Counted from the stretch's first letter, positions 31,646 through 43,584 are shown. The stretch: DNA of 64,000 bases from an uncultured cyanobacterium (GCA_963807635.1 CAWEDJ010000031.1:1-64000); one strand, 5' to 3'. The notes: generated from the sequence alone by a model not told the origin. Made by a program: numbers and translations.

Positions 31646-32083
31646 ATGAATCAATCTCCTAACGATCCTGAACCCTTTAAGCCACTTTCTACTAATGAAT
31701 TAGCTAGCGATCGCACCGAACTTGCTAAATACCGTAGTCGAGCCGCCGCAGACCGTACTTTAATGGCGTGGATTCGCACTTCTTTATCTTTAATTGGTTT
31801 CGGTTTTGGCATTCCCACAATTGTGAGAACCATTGAAAATACCCAAGCAGGGCATCACATTGACCCCTTCAGATTTTCGGTAATTGTGGGATTAGCTTTC
31901 ATTGGAACGGGAATGTTGGGAATGGCCTTTGGTTTGAAAGAACATCGTCGTTTACTTCAACAAATTCAACGCGATCGCTATACCTACGAAGAATCTCACA
32001 GCGCAGAAATAATCGGGTTTGCTTTATTAGTAATTGGCTTCATTAGTTTTATTGGAGTGATAGTTAAATCTATCGGTTTTTGA
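31646..32083 (+). CDS. DUF202 (YidH) membrane protein
   Basis: AADRTLMAWIRTSLSLIGFG. Confidence 0.85.
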   Translation: MNQSPNDPEPFKPLSTNELASDRTELAKYRSRAAADRTLMAWIRTSLSLIGFGFGIPTIVRTIENTQAGHHIDPFRFSVIVGLAFIGTGMLGMAFGLKEHRRLLQQIQRDRYTYEESHSAEIIGFALLVIGFISFIGVIVKSIGF

Positions 32084-32177
32084 TCCCATGATCGCATCTG
32101 CCATAAAAAATTTATAGAAAGTCGCTATTTTTGTCTGTCCGTAGCGACAATTCTTTGCTTAAGTAAAGATTCCATTG

Positions 32178-32573
32178 TTAGTTTCCTTTAATTAAAATTC
32201 CTAAAAAGGCGAAGACACCCACTCCCATTAAGGCGATCGCCACAACAAAACTAAGGGATAAACGAGATTGATAGGTAAAACGTCCCCGTTCTATTTGTTT
32301 TAAATCTTGACGATGATTCAGGGCTGCGGCCAATAAAGCTAAAGTACCAATAATAATAAAAGATAATCCTAAGATTCGAGAGAGATGGAAGGGATCAACT
32401 TTAGTTTCAAATGCTCCATGAATTGCCGCCACAATACGATCAATACCGAAGCCAAAACTAATTAAAGAAAGACTGGTACGAATCCAAGCCATTAAAGTTC
32501 GTTCCGCCGCCGCACGGTTACGTTCTTTGGCTAATTCATTAGTTATGTTATAGGGTTCTGGTGGTAAATCCAT
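32178..32573 (-). CDS. DUF202 (YidH) membrane protein
   Basis: AAERTLMAWIRTSLSLISFG. Confidence 0.85.
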   Translation of the reverse strand: MDLPPEPYNITNELAKERNRAAAERTLMAWIRTSLSLISFGFGIDRIVAAIHGAFETKVDPFHLSRILGLSFIIIGTLALLAAALNHRQDLKQIERGRFTYQSRLSLSFVVAIALMGVGVFAFLGILIKGN

Positions 32574-32596
32574 AATCGTTAAAATGGCAATTAAGC

Positions 32597-33316
32597 TTAG
32601 GTCTTAGGGGGCAAAATAGTGTTTTCTAAATGGGCAAGACTTAAATTTACATTACTTAAGTTTGTCTCCGTTAAATCTACATCTTTTAAGTTAGTTTTGG
32701 TCAAATTAGCTCCTTTTAAATTGGCTCCTTTTAAATTGGCTCCCGTCAAATTAGCTCTCGTTAAATCTGCCTGACTCAAATCAGCCCCTTGCAGATCGGT
32801 ATAACTTAGATCGGCTTCTAGCAAAACAGTATTACAAAGATTGACATGGCGCATTCGTGTATAGGGAATCTCGATTTGCTCTAAATTCGCTCCCTGTAAA
32901 TTAAGATAGTCAAAATAAATACCTGTTTCGCTTGCTGTTTCTAGGGCTTGAATACGACCTAAACTGTAAACTACTCCTGAAGCTTGATTGGCTGCAACAA
33001 GTTCAAAGGCTTCTTGATTACTTTGTTGTTTCCGTTTAGAGCCTTCTAAAATGTAAAGCCAGGCAGCCGTAACAATACTAAAAGATTCAACATTACCAAC
33101 GCTAATAATGGCTCCAAAATCATTGAATATACATTCGGCTGTAAATGATTGATTATGGCATTTTTCGTAGCGATGAACTGTCGCTAAAATCCCAAAAGAA
33201 ATGGCAGAGGCAATGAGCAAGCGAAAGCTAAAGGAGTGGTTAAGGAGGCGAAAGAAAGGATTTTTCTTGCGTTCTTTTTGCTTTTCGTACCAGGTTTTTC
33301 TTCTTGGGAACTGCAT
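32597..33316 (-). CDS. Membrane-anchored pentapeptide-repeat protein
   Basis: A(D/N)LxX repeats in the C-terminal third; N-terminal TMs. Confidence 0.9.
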   Translation of the reverse strand: MQFPRRKTWYEKQKERKKNPFFRLLNHSFSFRLLIASAISFGILATVHRYEKCHNQSFTAECIFNDFGAIISVGNVESFSIVTAAWLYILEGSKRKQQSNQEAFELVAANQASGVVYSLGRIQALETASETGIYFDYLNLQGANLEQIEIPYTRMRHVNLCNTVLLEADLSYTDLQGADLSQADLTRANLTGANLKGANLKGANLTKTNLKDVDLTETNLSNVNLSLAHLENTILPPKT

Positions 33317-33360
33317 AGAAATAATAATTTAATTGATGAATAGTAAGTAGGAGACCCAGA

Positions 33361-34604
33361 TTAATGAACCGCTTTACCAAAACCAACAGGTTTTTTCTTA
33401 GCCCGATCTTTAACCGCTAATTTTTGCATGACCTCCTCTGCCGCTCGTCCTTTATTAAAAAGATCAACGATTATTTTTAGCGGTTCATCAATGTGAGTAA
33501 AAAAGGCTTTATAACCCGCACAAAGGTAATTCAAACCAGGTTCTCCGTCGGGGGTATTAATAAAACGATGTTTGGGACATTCTCCATGACAAGCAAAACG
33601 CACCTCACAATCTAAACAATACTTTGGTAAGGTGTTTAATTTGTCCTGTCCAAACTTAAATTGGCGATCGCTACCGACCAATTCAGCCATCGAATTTTCT
33701 GTAATATTTCCTAATAAATAATCGGGTTCCACAAAATGATCACAGGAATAGAGATCACCGTTATGTTCGAGTGCAACACCAGAGCCACAAGTCGGCGAAA
33801 AAAAGCACATTCCCGTCGGCATCTTTAACCAACTTCTGACCGCCGCTTCAAAGGTTTGAACAAAGATTTTGCCCACATCTTTGCGTACCCATTCATCAAA
33901 AATCGTGATCAAAAAATTACCAAATTGTTCGGGTAAAACGGAATTTTCTGAAACCGTTGTTCCCTGTTGATAAAGGGTTCTACCATCTTCATTAATCCGT
34001 TCAATAACAGGAATAAATTGTATCCAAGTCGTTTTTACTTCATCTCGTAAGAAGCGATAAACTTCTAAAGGATGAGACGCATTAACCCGATTAACAGTAG
34101 TCAAAATATTATATTCAACCCCATGCTTTTGCAAGAGCCGTAAACCCCGCATTACCCGATCAAAAGTGGGCCACCTTTTTTATCAACTCGGTTAGCATCA
34201 TGTAATTCTCTTGGCCCATCTAAACTTAAGCCAATTAGATAATTATTCTCTTTAAAAAATTCACACCATTCATCATCTAAAAGAGTTCCATTAGTTTGTA
34301 AAGTATTTTCAAAGATTGTGCTTGGTTTACGATGTTTTTCTTGGTAGGCGATCGCCTTTCTAAAAAAATCAATACCCATTAAAGTCGGTTCTCCCCCTTG
34401 CCAAGCAACGGTTACTTCACGGGTTTTATGGGATTCAATCAGTTGACGAATATAGGTTTCTAGAACCTCATCTGTCATGCGGAATTTACTGCCAGGATAA
34501 AGCTCTTCTTTATCTAAAAAGAAACAATAGGAACAATCCAGATTACAGATCGCACCAGTGGGTTTGCTTAAAACATGAATACGGGGAGGTAGGAAATTTG
34601 TCAT
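33361..34604 (-). CDS. Anaerobic sulfatase maturase, radical SAM/SPASM (apparent frameshift near 34170)
   Basis: KPTGAICNLDCSYC, WQGGEPTL, SPASM Cys pattern YSCDHFV...CLDCEVRFACHGECPKHR...YLCAGY. Confidence 0.92.
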
Positions 34605-34765
34605 TGTGGTTTGAGTTTGAAGTTTTTTAAAGTTTAATCATCTTCAGTGAGACTATCACTATTCTCATTTATTTTCATTAGCACCTTTATGTTATAAAGT
34701 GGATTATATCTGCTTCTGGTCAATCTAAACTCAGGTTAATGTAAACTCTAAGGAGAACTTGAAAA

Positions 34766-36267
34766 ATGGCAATAAAACAACCCAATATTTTAATTATCTG
34801 GGGTGACGATATTGGTCAATCCAACCTCAGTTGTTACTCTCATGGCTTGATGGGTTACAAAACCCCAAATATTGATCGCATTGCTAAAGAAGGAATGCTA
34901 TTCACCGATTCCTACGCCGAACAAAGTTGTACCGCAGGGCGATCGGCGTTTATTACAGGTCAATGCGTTTTTCGCACAGGCTTAAGCAAAGTTGGGATGC
35001 CTGGAGCCAATTTAGGAATGCGTGCTGAAGATCCGACTATCGCCGAATTACTGAAACCGATGGGTTACGCCACAGGACAATTTGGTAAAAACCATTTGGG
35101 CGATAAAGATGAAATGTTGCCCACTAATCATGGATTTGATGAGTTTTTCGGGAATCTCTATCACCTCAACGCCGAAGAAGAACCCGAACTCCGCGATTAT
35201 CCCCCCGCCGCTGATTTTCCCAATTACAGGAAAAATTTTGGCTCACGCGGTGTATTGGATTGTAAAGCGAATCCCGATGGAACCCAAACCATTGTCGATA
35301 CGGGCGCATTGACCAAAAAGCGGATGCAAACCATTGATGATGAAGTTCTAGCTAAAGCCAAGGATTTTATCGATCGCCAAGTCAAGGCTGATATTCCCTT
35401 TTTTGTCTGGTTTAATACGACCCATATGCACTTCCGCACCCATGCAAAACCTGAGAGTTTAGGGCAGTCGGGACGTTGGCAGTCGGAATACCATGATGTG
35501 ATGATTGACCATGATAAATGTGTGGGTGAATTGCTCGATTATCTCGATGCCCTCGGTATTACGGATAATACGTTTGTCATGTATAGCACTGATAACGGCC
35601 CCCACATGAATTCTTGGCCCGATGCAGGGATGACTCCTTTTCGCAGTGAAAAAAATACCAACTGGGAAGGAGCTTTTCGGGTTCCTAAATTGATTCGCTG
35701 GCCGGTGTGATTGAACCTGGCACGATCTCCAATGAAATTGTTAGTCATCTGGATTGGTTGCCGACTTTAGTGGCGATCGCGGGTGATCCCGATATTAAGG
35801 AAAAACTACTCAAGGGTCATCAAGCAGGAAATAAAACTTTTAAGGTACATCTTGATGGTTATAACCTGGTGCCTTATCTCAAAGGCGAAGTGGAAAAAAG
35901 CCCACGCTTAGAATTTTTCTACTTTAGTGATGATGGTGATTTAATGGCCCTACGTTATGACCATTGGAAGACAGTTTTCATGGAACAACGAGTAACGGGT
36001 ACTTGTCAAATCTGGGCTGAACCCTTTGTTGTATTGCGAGTTCCCAAATTGTTTAATCTCCGCACTGATCCCTATGAACGTGCCGATATTACCTCAAATA
36101 CCTATTGGGATTGGATGTTTGATCATATTCCTTTGGTATTAGCAGCTCAACCCATCGTGGCTCAATTTATTTCAACTTTTGTAGAGTTTCCGCCGCGCCA
36201 AAAAGCGGCCAGCTTTACGGTTGATCAAGTGATGGAAAAAATTATGGACGGCATTACCAGTCACTAA
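34766..36267 (+). CDS. Arylsulfatase 1, no signal peptide (apparent frameshift near 35704)
   Basis: PNILIIWGDDIG; SCTAGR (CxAxR) formylglycine motif; GKNHLG; STDNG. Confidence 0.92.
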
Positions 36268-36333
36268 TAGTTGCAAAGTTCTGAGAGGGGAAGGTAATCT
36301 ATTTTCTTAAAAAAATACCTTTCCCTTAGCCTT

Positions 36334-36525
36334 TTGTCAAATAAAGAAAGCCGCAAAAAACTAGCAGGACAACATCAAGCCTTAGAAGAACATTTAGAGA
36401 AACTTGCCAAAGAGAAATTGAAGCCAATAGAGAGCCAAGATCAAGGTTTAATTGCTCATTGGGAAAAAACGGTGGCCCATTGTTGCCAAAATATTGCAAA
36501 GTTAGAAAGGAGATTAAAACAATGA
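36334..36525 (+). CDS. Small basic helical hypothetical protein
   Basis: 63 aa, EHLEKL...GLIAHWEK; ATGA overlap with the next gene. Confidence 0.6.
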   Translation: MSNKESRKKLAGQHQALEEHLEKLAKEKLKPIESQDQGLIAHWEKTVAHCCQNIAKLERRLKQ

Positions 36526-36758
36526 CTGTAATTTATAAAAAACCCTTTGACCGACTAGAAATCTTTCTGGACGAATATCAATCCCAGTTAGAAAAAGCTC
36601 TCAATGCTATCAAAATTATTAAAGGTACTGATCCTGATTCAGAGGACTTTTCCCAAGCGATCGCCGATTTTCATGTTTGCTCTAGGATCTTGGAACCTTA
36701 TTCAGAAGGAATGGTAGAAGCTCTGGATCAATTTACCGAAGATAGACCCGATGAGTAG
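36522..36758 (+). CDS. Small acidic helical hypothetical protein
   Basis: 78 aa from ATG 36522, preceded by an AAGGAG RBS. Confidence 0.6.
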   Translation: MTVIYKKPFDRLEIFLDEYQSQLEKALNAIKIIKGTDPDSEDFSQAIADFHVCSRILEPYSEGMVEALDQFTEDRPDE

Positions 36759-36791
36759 GCGTTAATCACACAGCACTAGCTTTAATATATT

Positions 36792-37766
36792 ATGACTATT
36801 TCTACCGATTTTGGGACAGCTACAGCCCAGATAAATGATCCCCTACCTTCTTGGAATGAGGGAGCGGCTAAACAAGCCATTATCGAATTTGTGCAAGCAA
36901 CGACTGACAAATCTAGCCCAAACTATGTTGAACCTGGCGATCGCATTGCCACTTTTGATCAAGACGGAACCTTGTGGGTAGAACATCCCTTTTATAGCCA
37001 GGCAATATTTGCCTTAGATCGGCTTAAAAGCCTTGCTCCACAACATCCTGAATGGCAGACCCAGGAACCCTTTAAATCTATTTTGGAAGGCAATCAAGAC
37101 GCGATCGCCAAATTAAACGAAGGAGATTTAGTACAGATTGTCGCGGCTACCCACGCAGGTATGACCACCGAAGAATTTATTGAAATTGCGAAAGAGTGGC
37201 AAGCAACCGCCAAACATCCCCGTTTCCAGAAACTTTATACCGAACTGGTTTATCAGCCCATGCGAGAAGTACTGCAATATCTTCAAACTAATAGTTTTAA
37301 AATCTATATTGTCACGGGAGGCGGTCAGGAATTTGTGAGGATTTATAGCGATCGCGTTTATGATATTCCAGCCGAGCAAGTTATCGGTTCTAGTATCGCC
37401 ACTAAATACGATTATCAAAACGGAAAGTCCGTGTTAGTGCGTGAACCTAAAGTCTTTTTTATTAATGATCATGCAGGTAAACCGACGGGGATTAATCTTT
37501 TTATTGGCAAACGACCGATCGCAGCTTTCGGCAACTCTGACGGCGATCGGCAAATGTTGGAATATACCCAAGCGGGTAAGGGAATGGGACTATCAATGCT
37601 AGTTCTCCATGATGATGAAAAGCGAGAATATGCTTACGGCCCAGCCCAAGGATTACCCGATACCAAGGTTGGTAGATTTACCCAAGCATTGTATGATCAG
37701 TCACAAAAAGACGGCTGGATTGTTGTCAGTATGAAAAACGATTGGAAAAAAATTTTCGCCTTTTAA
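36792..37766 (+). CDS. HAD-family hydrolase (nonspecific acid phosphatase-like)
   Basis: FDQDGTLW, IVTGGG, FGNSDGD motifs. Confidence 0.9.
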   Translation: MTISTDFGTATAQINDPLPSWNEGAAKQAIIEFVQATTDKSSPNYVEPGDRIATFDQDGTLWVEHPFYSQAIFALDRLKSLAPQHPEWQTQEPFKSILEGNQDAIAKLNEGDLVQIVAATHAGMTTEEFIEIAKEWQATAKHPRFQKLYTELVYQPMREVLQYLQTNSFKIYIVTGGGQEFVRIYSDRVYDIPAEQVIGSSIATKYDYQNGKSVLVREPKVFFINDHAGKPTGINLFIGKRPIAAFGNSDGDRQMLEYTQAGKGMGLSMLVLHDDEKREYAYGPAQGLPDTKVGRFTQALYDQSQKDGWIVVSMKNDWKKIFAF

Positions 37767-37814
37767 ATTTATCCACTGATTAATCACAAATTTTCTCTAA
37801 TCAATTTTTAAATC

Positions 37815-38492
37815 ATGAATTGGTCACTTCTAAGCAATTTTGCGATTACGCTTTTTGCGCTCCTAAATCCGATAGGAATGTTACCTGTTTTTATTAGTTA
37901 TACAGCCCTTGAACGGAAAGAAGTACAACGTTTAGTAGCCCTTTTTGTTTCTCTGACTGTAATGGCTTTGCTATTAGTATTCCTACTAATTGGTTCGCCC
38001 ATCCTTCAGTTTTTTGGTGTTAGTTTAGACTCATTTCGGATTGCTGGGGGAATATTGCTATTAATTATTGGGATTGGCATTGTTAACGGGAAATCATCCG
38101 ATAATAAAGAAGAAATTGTTACGACTGAAACTAATAACAATTTAACTCAAGCTAAGTCAATCTATAGTCAAATTGTCATTCCGATGGCCATGCCTTTATT
38201 AGTCGGGCCTGGGGTGATTGCTAATGTTATTCTTTATTCCAACGAAGCGTCAAAAAAGCGCGATGGACTCGGCATTGAACTAATTTTGATGATAGCCTTG
38301 GTTAGTTTTTTGGTTTTTGTCATTCTGGCTGCGGGTAAATGGTTACAAAAAATGATAGGTAATATTGGACTAAATATTACCCAACGGATTATGGGACTGT
38401 TTGTCGCCGCGATCGGTGTTCAATTCATGGTTACAGGTGTCATTAATATTTTTGTTAGTCAGATTATTCCTGAATTATCTAAAATCAAATAG
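37815..38492 (+). CDS. MarC family membrane protein
   Basis: LNPIG...FRIAGGILL...PMAMPLLVGPG...RIMGL. Confidence 0.9.
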   Translation: MNWSLLSNFAITLFALLNPIGMLPVFISYTALERKEVQRLVALFVSLTVMALLLVFLLIGSPILQFFGVSLDSFRIAGGILLLIIGIGIVNGKSSDNKEEIVTTETNNNLTQAKSIYSQIVIPMAMPLLVGPGVIANVILYSNEASKKRDGLGIELILMIALVSFLVFVILAAGKWLQKMIGNIGLNITQRIMGLFVAAIGVQFMVTGVINIFVSQIIPELSKIK

Positions 38493-38688
38493 CACACTTA
38501 TCCAAAATCTAAAAGGAGCGATCGCTGTTCCTTCGATCTAGTTCCCCATTTTAGTTAATAATTGATTCAACAATTCTAGTTCTTTTCTGAAGTTGTTGGG
38601 TTGCACTTCGTTTAGTTAAAAATTATTTGCGGTGACACAACTTTACTGTTATATTTCCCATAGCCATAAATTTTACCAGCCATGAAAA

Positions 38689-39066
38689 ATGAATATTCGC
38701 CAAATTTTTCTCTTAGTGACTGCAATAGGGTTAACACCGATCGCTTTATCCTACGGACTGGTACCACAAAAAAGTCTTAGCTATCTATTTGATATCTCGG
38801 TATCAAATATAAATGGTTCCCATATATTTCGAGCGATCATGGGTTTGTATTTGGCTTTGCTGTCCTTTTGGATTGTCGGTGCCTTTAAAGTTCAGCTAAG
38901 ACAGGCCGCACTTTATAGTCTCGTTGTATTCATGTTGGGTTTAGCTCTGGGTAGAGTTTTGAGCCTTGTTGTAGATGGGATGCCTAGTTTGCTATTAATC
39001 GGCTACCTGGGGCTAGAGTTGATTTTTGGTATTTTGGGTTTAATTTTATTGAAAAAATCGGACTAA
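38689..39066 (+). CDS. DUF4345-like membrane protein
   Basis: PIALSYG...FRAIMGLY...GRVLSLVVDG; four TMs. Confidence 0.75.
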   Translation: MNIRQIFLLVTAIGLTPIALSYGLVPQKSLSYLFDISVSNINGSHIFRAIMGLYLALLSFWIVGAFKVQLRQAALYSLVVFMLGLALGRVLSLVVDGMPSLLLIGYLGLELIFGILGLILLKKSD

Positions 39067-39183
39067 GTATTTTCTCTCGCACCCAGCTTTAGGAAATATA
39101 ACTCCTCCTTCAACTCGGATAGTGCGATCGCCCTATTCTGTTCTCATTTAATATTTTAATCGATTCAACAACCTTGTCTCCTG

Positions 39184-41608
39184 TTGCTTATGAAATTATT
39201 TTCTGCGTCTTTTTGGAAAAAAGGTTGGTGGCCATTAGTTACCGCCTTAACAACAGCGTTAATTGTCGCGATCGCGGGCATATTCACGGTTCCGACTATT
39301 GCCCAAAACATCGGAGAATTTACCCCCTCAAAAATTTTACCCCGTCCGCCCCAACCTTTCAGGGGAAAAATCGAACGGACAGCCAAGGAATCCACTCCCG
39401 ATTTTCCGAAACCTTTGGCGGCTCCTAAAAATGCCCCTAATATTCTTTTAATTTTGACGGATGATGTCGGTTTTGGAGCCAGTAGCCCCTTTGGTGGGCC
39501 GATTGCTACTCCTACCTATGAAGCTTTGGCCAAACGGGGATTACGTTTTAACACCTTTCATACGACAGCCCTTTGTTCTCCCACCAGAGCCGCTCTCATT
39601 ACGGGACGCAATCACCATGCTGTCCATTCAGGGGTCATTACGGAAATGGGAACGGGTTATCCTGGCTATGACTCCTTAATGCAAAAGGACACTGCGACTG
39701 TCGCCGAAGTTCTTAAAAACAATGGTTATAATACCGCCTGGTTTGGCAAAAATCATAACATTCCCGACTGGCAGAGTAGTCAAGTGGGCCCCTTTGATTT
39801 GTGGCCAACAGGACTGGGTTTTGAGTATTTCTTTGGCTTTTTAGGCGGAGATACGGATCAATGGCATCCTGCGGCCTACGAAGGAACTAAACCCATTCAG
39901 AAACCCGAAGATAAATCCGAGCTTCATTTTGATAAATGGATGGCAGATAAGGCAATTAGTTATATTCAGGAACAAAACGCCCTAGCTCCTGATAAACCTT
40001 TCTTTGTTTACTATGCACCAGGGACAGCCCACGCTCCCCATCACGCGCCGAAAGAGTGGATCGCGAAATTTAAAGGTCAATTTGATCAAGGCTGGGATCA
40101 GGTTCGGGAAGAAACTTTTGCCCGTCAGAAGAAATTGGGAATCATTCCAGCGAATACCCAATTAACCCCTCGTCCTGAAGGGATTCCTGCCTGGGATAGT
40201 CTCACCCCCGATCGCCAAAAACTCTATGCTCGCATGATGGAAGTCTATGCAGGAGCTTTAGCCCATGCGGATTATCAAATTGGTCGGGTCATTAATGCGA
40301 TCGCCGAGACAGGAGAACTAGATAACACCTTGATCATGTTTATTCAAGGGGACAACGGAGCCAGTGCCGAGGGGACTTTCCAAGGAACAACGAATGAAAT
40401 TGCAACCGCCGCCAATGGTGTCACCGAAGACTTGAGTTTTCTGATCTCGATGGCCGATAAACTCGGTGGCCCCGAAACCTATAATCACTATCCCTACGGC
40501 TGGGCCCCATGCGATGGATAGTCCCTTCCAATGGACAAAACAGGTTGCTTCCCACTTTGGCGGTACGCGCAACGGCATGATTGTTTCCTGGCCTGCCAAA
40601 ATCAAGGATCAAGGTAGTATTCGGACACAATTTCACCATGTTATTGATGTGGTTCCTACTTTCCTTGAAGCCGCAGGGATTCCCCAACCAACCGAGGTAA
40701 ATGGTTTTAAACAGAAGCCCATTGAAGGAGTTAGTATGGCCTATGCTTTCCCAAAAGCGGACATAGACGATCGCCATACCACCCAATACTTTGAACTGGT
40801 GGGTAATCGCGCCCTTTATCACGACGGTTGGATTGCCAGCACCACACCCAAACGCATTCCCTGGGAAACGGCGGGGGCTGCTCCCGATCCCGATTCTTTT
40901 AACTGGGAACTCTACCATGTGGCGGACGATTTCAGCCAAGCCAAAAATCTGGCGAAAGAGAATCCTGCAAAATTGAAAGAACTCCAAGCTCTTTGGGATC
41001 AAGAAGCCAAAAAATATAATGTCTTTCCCCTAGATGCTTCCTTTGCAGACCGAGCCGATGTCCGTCTTCGTCCGAGTCTAACGCGGGGACGTTCTAGCTT
41101 TACCTACTACCCAGGTATCATTCGCATTCCCGAAGGATTTGCCCCCGACATCAAGAATAAGTCCTATAGCATTACTGCCGATGTCGAAATTCCTTCTGGT
41201 GGAGCGAGCGGTGTCTTGGTGACCCAGGGCGGAGATTTTGGCGGTTGGGGTCTCATTCTGCAAGAGAGTAAACCCCTGTTTGTCTATGCTTTGTCGAATC
41301 AGCCCCAACACAAATTTAAGGTAGCTTCTAGTCAACCCCTTTCTCCTGGGAAACATACCCTCCGTTTTGATTTTAAATATGATGGCGGCGGTATCGGTAA
41401 AGGGGGAATGGGAACTTTATTTGTGGATGGCACTCAAGTTGCCCAAGCTCCCATTGAACGGACGATTGGGGTTCGTTTCTCCCTTGATGAAACCTTTGAT
41501 GTGGGACAGGATACGGGAACGGCGGTCATCGCAGACTATGCCCCTCAAATGCCCTTTAAATTTACGGGTAATTTGAAAAAAGTCACGATTGATTTGGGTT
41601 CTGTTTAA
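39184..41608 (+). CDS. Arylsulfatase 2, exported, with C-terminal LamG-like extension (apparent frameshift near 40505)
   Basis: Signal peptide; PNILLILTDDVG; LCSPTRAAL (CxPxR); GDNGAS. Confidence 0.92.
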
Positions 41609-41794
41609 TTAGTTTATGAAAGGGGAGATGTATTTTTCCCCTTTTTTGGGAAAAATTTGCTATTGGTCTAATCTTGGTGATCGGGGTTAAATTTATGTTT
41701 ACAGGTATCATTAATATTTTTATTAGTCAGATTATTCCTGAATTATCCAAAATAAAATAGTACACATATAAAAAATATAAAAGGAGCGATCGCC

Positions 41795-43584
41795 GTGTTT
41801 AAAAATCTAAAAACTTCCACTCAATCAATCCTAATTATTCAAGGATTGTTAATTAGCACCTCTGGCTTATTCGTACAAAAAGTGCTTGCCAATCCTGTTC
41901 AACCATCTTCAATCATTCCAGAAGAAAAATTAGTTAGTTCCTGTGATGAAGTTATCCCAAAATTAAACTCGATCACGCCTAACGAATCTAGTTTAGAAGA
42001 AGATCAACCATTACCCGTTGCGACGAGTGCCTGTGCTTCTGATCTCGAAATTCCATCCTCAACACCGAATACGCTAGTTTCTCAGAAATTTTTACCGCCG
42101 CCTGAATCTGTTTCCCCGCCTGAAGTTCCTGAACCCCTACAAATCCAGACCGCAGAAGATAGCGATCGCTGGAGATTTGTATTTCAACCCTACGCCACCA
42201 TTCCTATTAGTACCTACGGAAGCGCAACCGTTAAAGGACAGACCGTTGATTACAGTTTGAGCCTGGGACGATTATTGCAATATCTCAGCGTAACAGCGAG
42301 TGGTCGTGTGGAAGCCTGGAAAGGAAATTGGGGATTTATTATCGATGGTTACTATGTCAATTTGAATGCCATTAACAGTGTTCAGCGAACGAATAGTCGC
42401 ACTCCTAGTCCGATTAATGCGGTGGACTATGTTTTAACTAAGGGCATTAACACCAATGTCCAGCAGGTTGCTAACCAATTAGACCAGCAAGTACAAGTAT
42501 TGAAACAACAAGAAGAACTGAAGGCCAATGAAACTTTACAAAATCTTGAAAAAGAGGTGAATGACCTCCAGGCAACCCTTGCTCAAGATGCCCAATCCCT
42601 AGAAACCTTGGCGACTGATTTTAAATCTTTTCAAGAGACCTTAGCTCAAGATGGTCAGAAACTAGAGACTTTATCCACAAAAGTTCAAGAGGTTCAATCC
42701 CTGGGGTATCCCCCTCGAACCCAATGCAGGACTCAAATCCGCGATCGCCCTCAATAGTGCCATTGCCAAAAATCAAGAGCAATTAAAAGACTTACAACAA
42801 CAAATTCAAAATATTGGAACCATTCCCAGCTTAGATCAAGTTGAACAAAACCTACAGCAAACTAGGGCGGTCTTAGAAGAAGCAGATCAAAAAGTTCAAG
42901 AATTACAACAAATTCAAGATAGTGAACCGCTACAAAAATTACAAGCCACCATTGAACAGGATAAGGCGCTTAATTGATCAAAAATTACAGCAGATCGACA
43001 AAGTTAAAAACTTCCAAGATAATCGTGAACCGCAACAAATTAATAATGACATTGATAGCAGTCTTCAATTTAATCAAGGAATTTATGATTTTGCCATTAG
43101 CTACAATTTCGGTGATACACCCCCCACAAGTTTGCCCAAAAAACCTTCTGAACAAGAATTTCCTCGTTTTTGGTTTCAGCCTATTTTAGGGGTACGTCTC
43201 AATGATATTAATGTTAAAATTCAGAATACAATTAATTACGAAATATCCAGTAGTTTAGTCAATATTCAAGGCACAACCCAAAGTACAGTTCAAGCAGGAA
43301 GGCTGTGGTTTGATCCCCTAGTCGGCGGAAAATTAGGATTACAATTATCTGATCCCATTACTCTCTGGTTGCGGGGTGATGTGTCAGGTTTTGGTTTATC
43401 GGGAGATACCAATTACAGTTGGAATCTACTTTTTGGTATGGATTGGTGGGTCAAAGAAAACATTTCTTTGCAATTGGGCTATCGTTTTTATGAAATTAAT
43501 TATCAAACAGGCACAGGAATTAATGCCTTTGGTTTTTCAGAATTATTTAATGGCCCCTTTGTTTCTGCAAGTTTTCATTTTTAA
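41795..43584 (+). CDS. Outer-membrane beta-barrel-like protein with internal coiled coil (two apparent frameshifts near 42705 and 42970)
   Basis: Signal peptide; WRFVFQPY, GRVEAWKGNWG, WFDPLVG, LQLGYR; C-terminal beta-signal VSASFHF. Confidence 0.7.

Larger units (their letters stand above)
38411..41793 (+). repeat. Pair of diverged 115-bp direct repeats (38411-38525 and 41679-41793)
   Basis: The marC 3' end plus downstream sequence up to a HIP1 site is duplicated, e.g. TTAGTCAGATTATTCCTGAATTATC in both copies. Confidence 0.85.
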
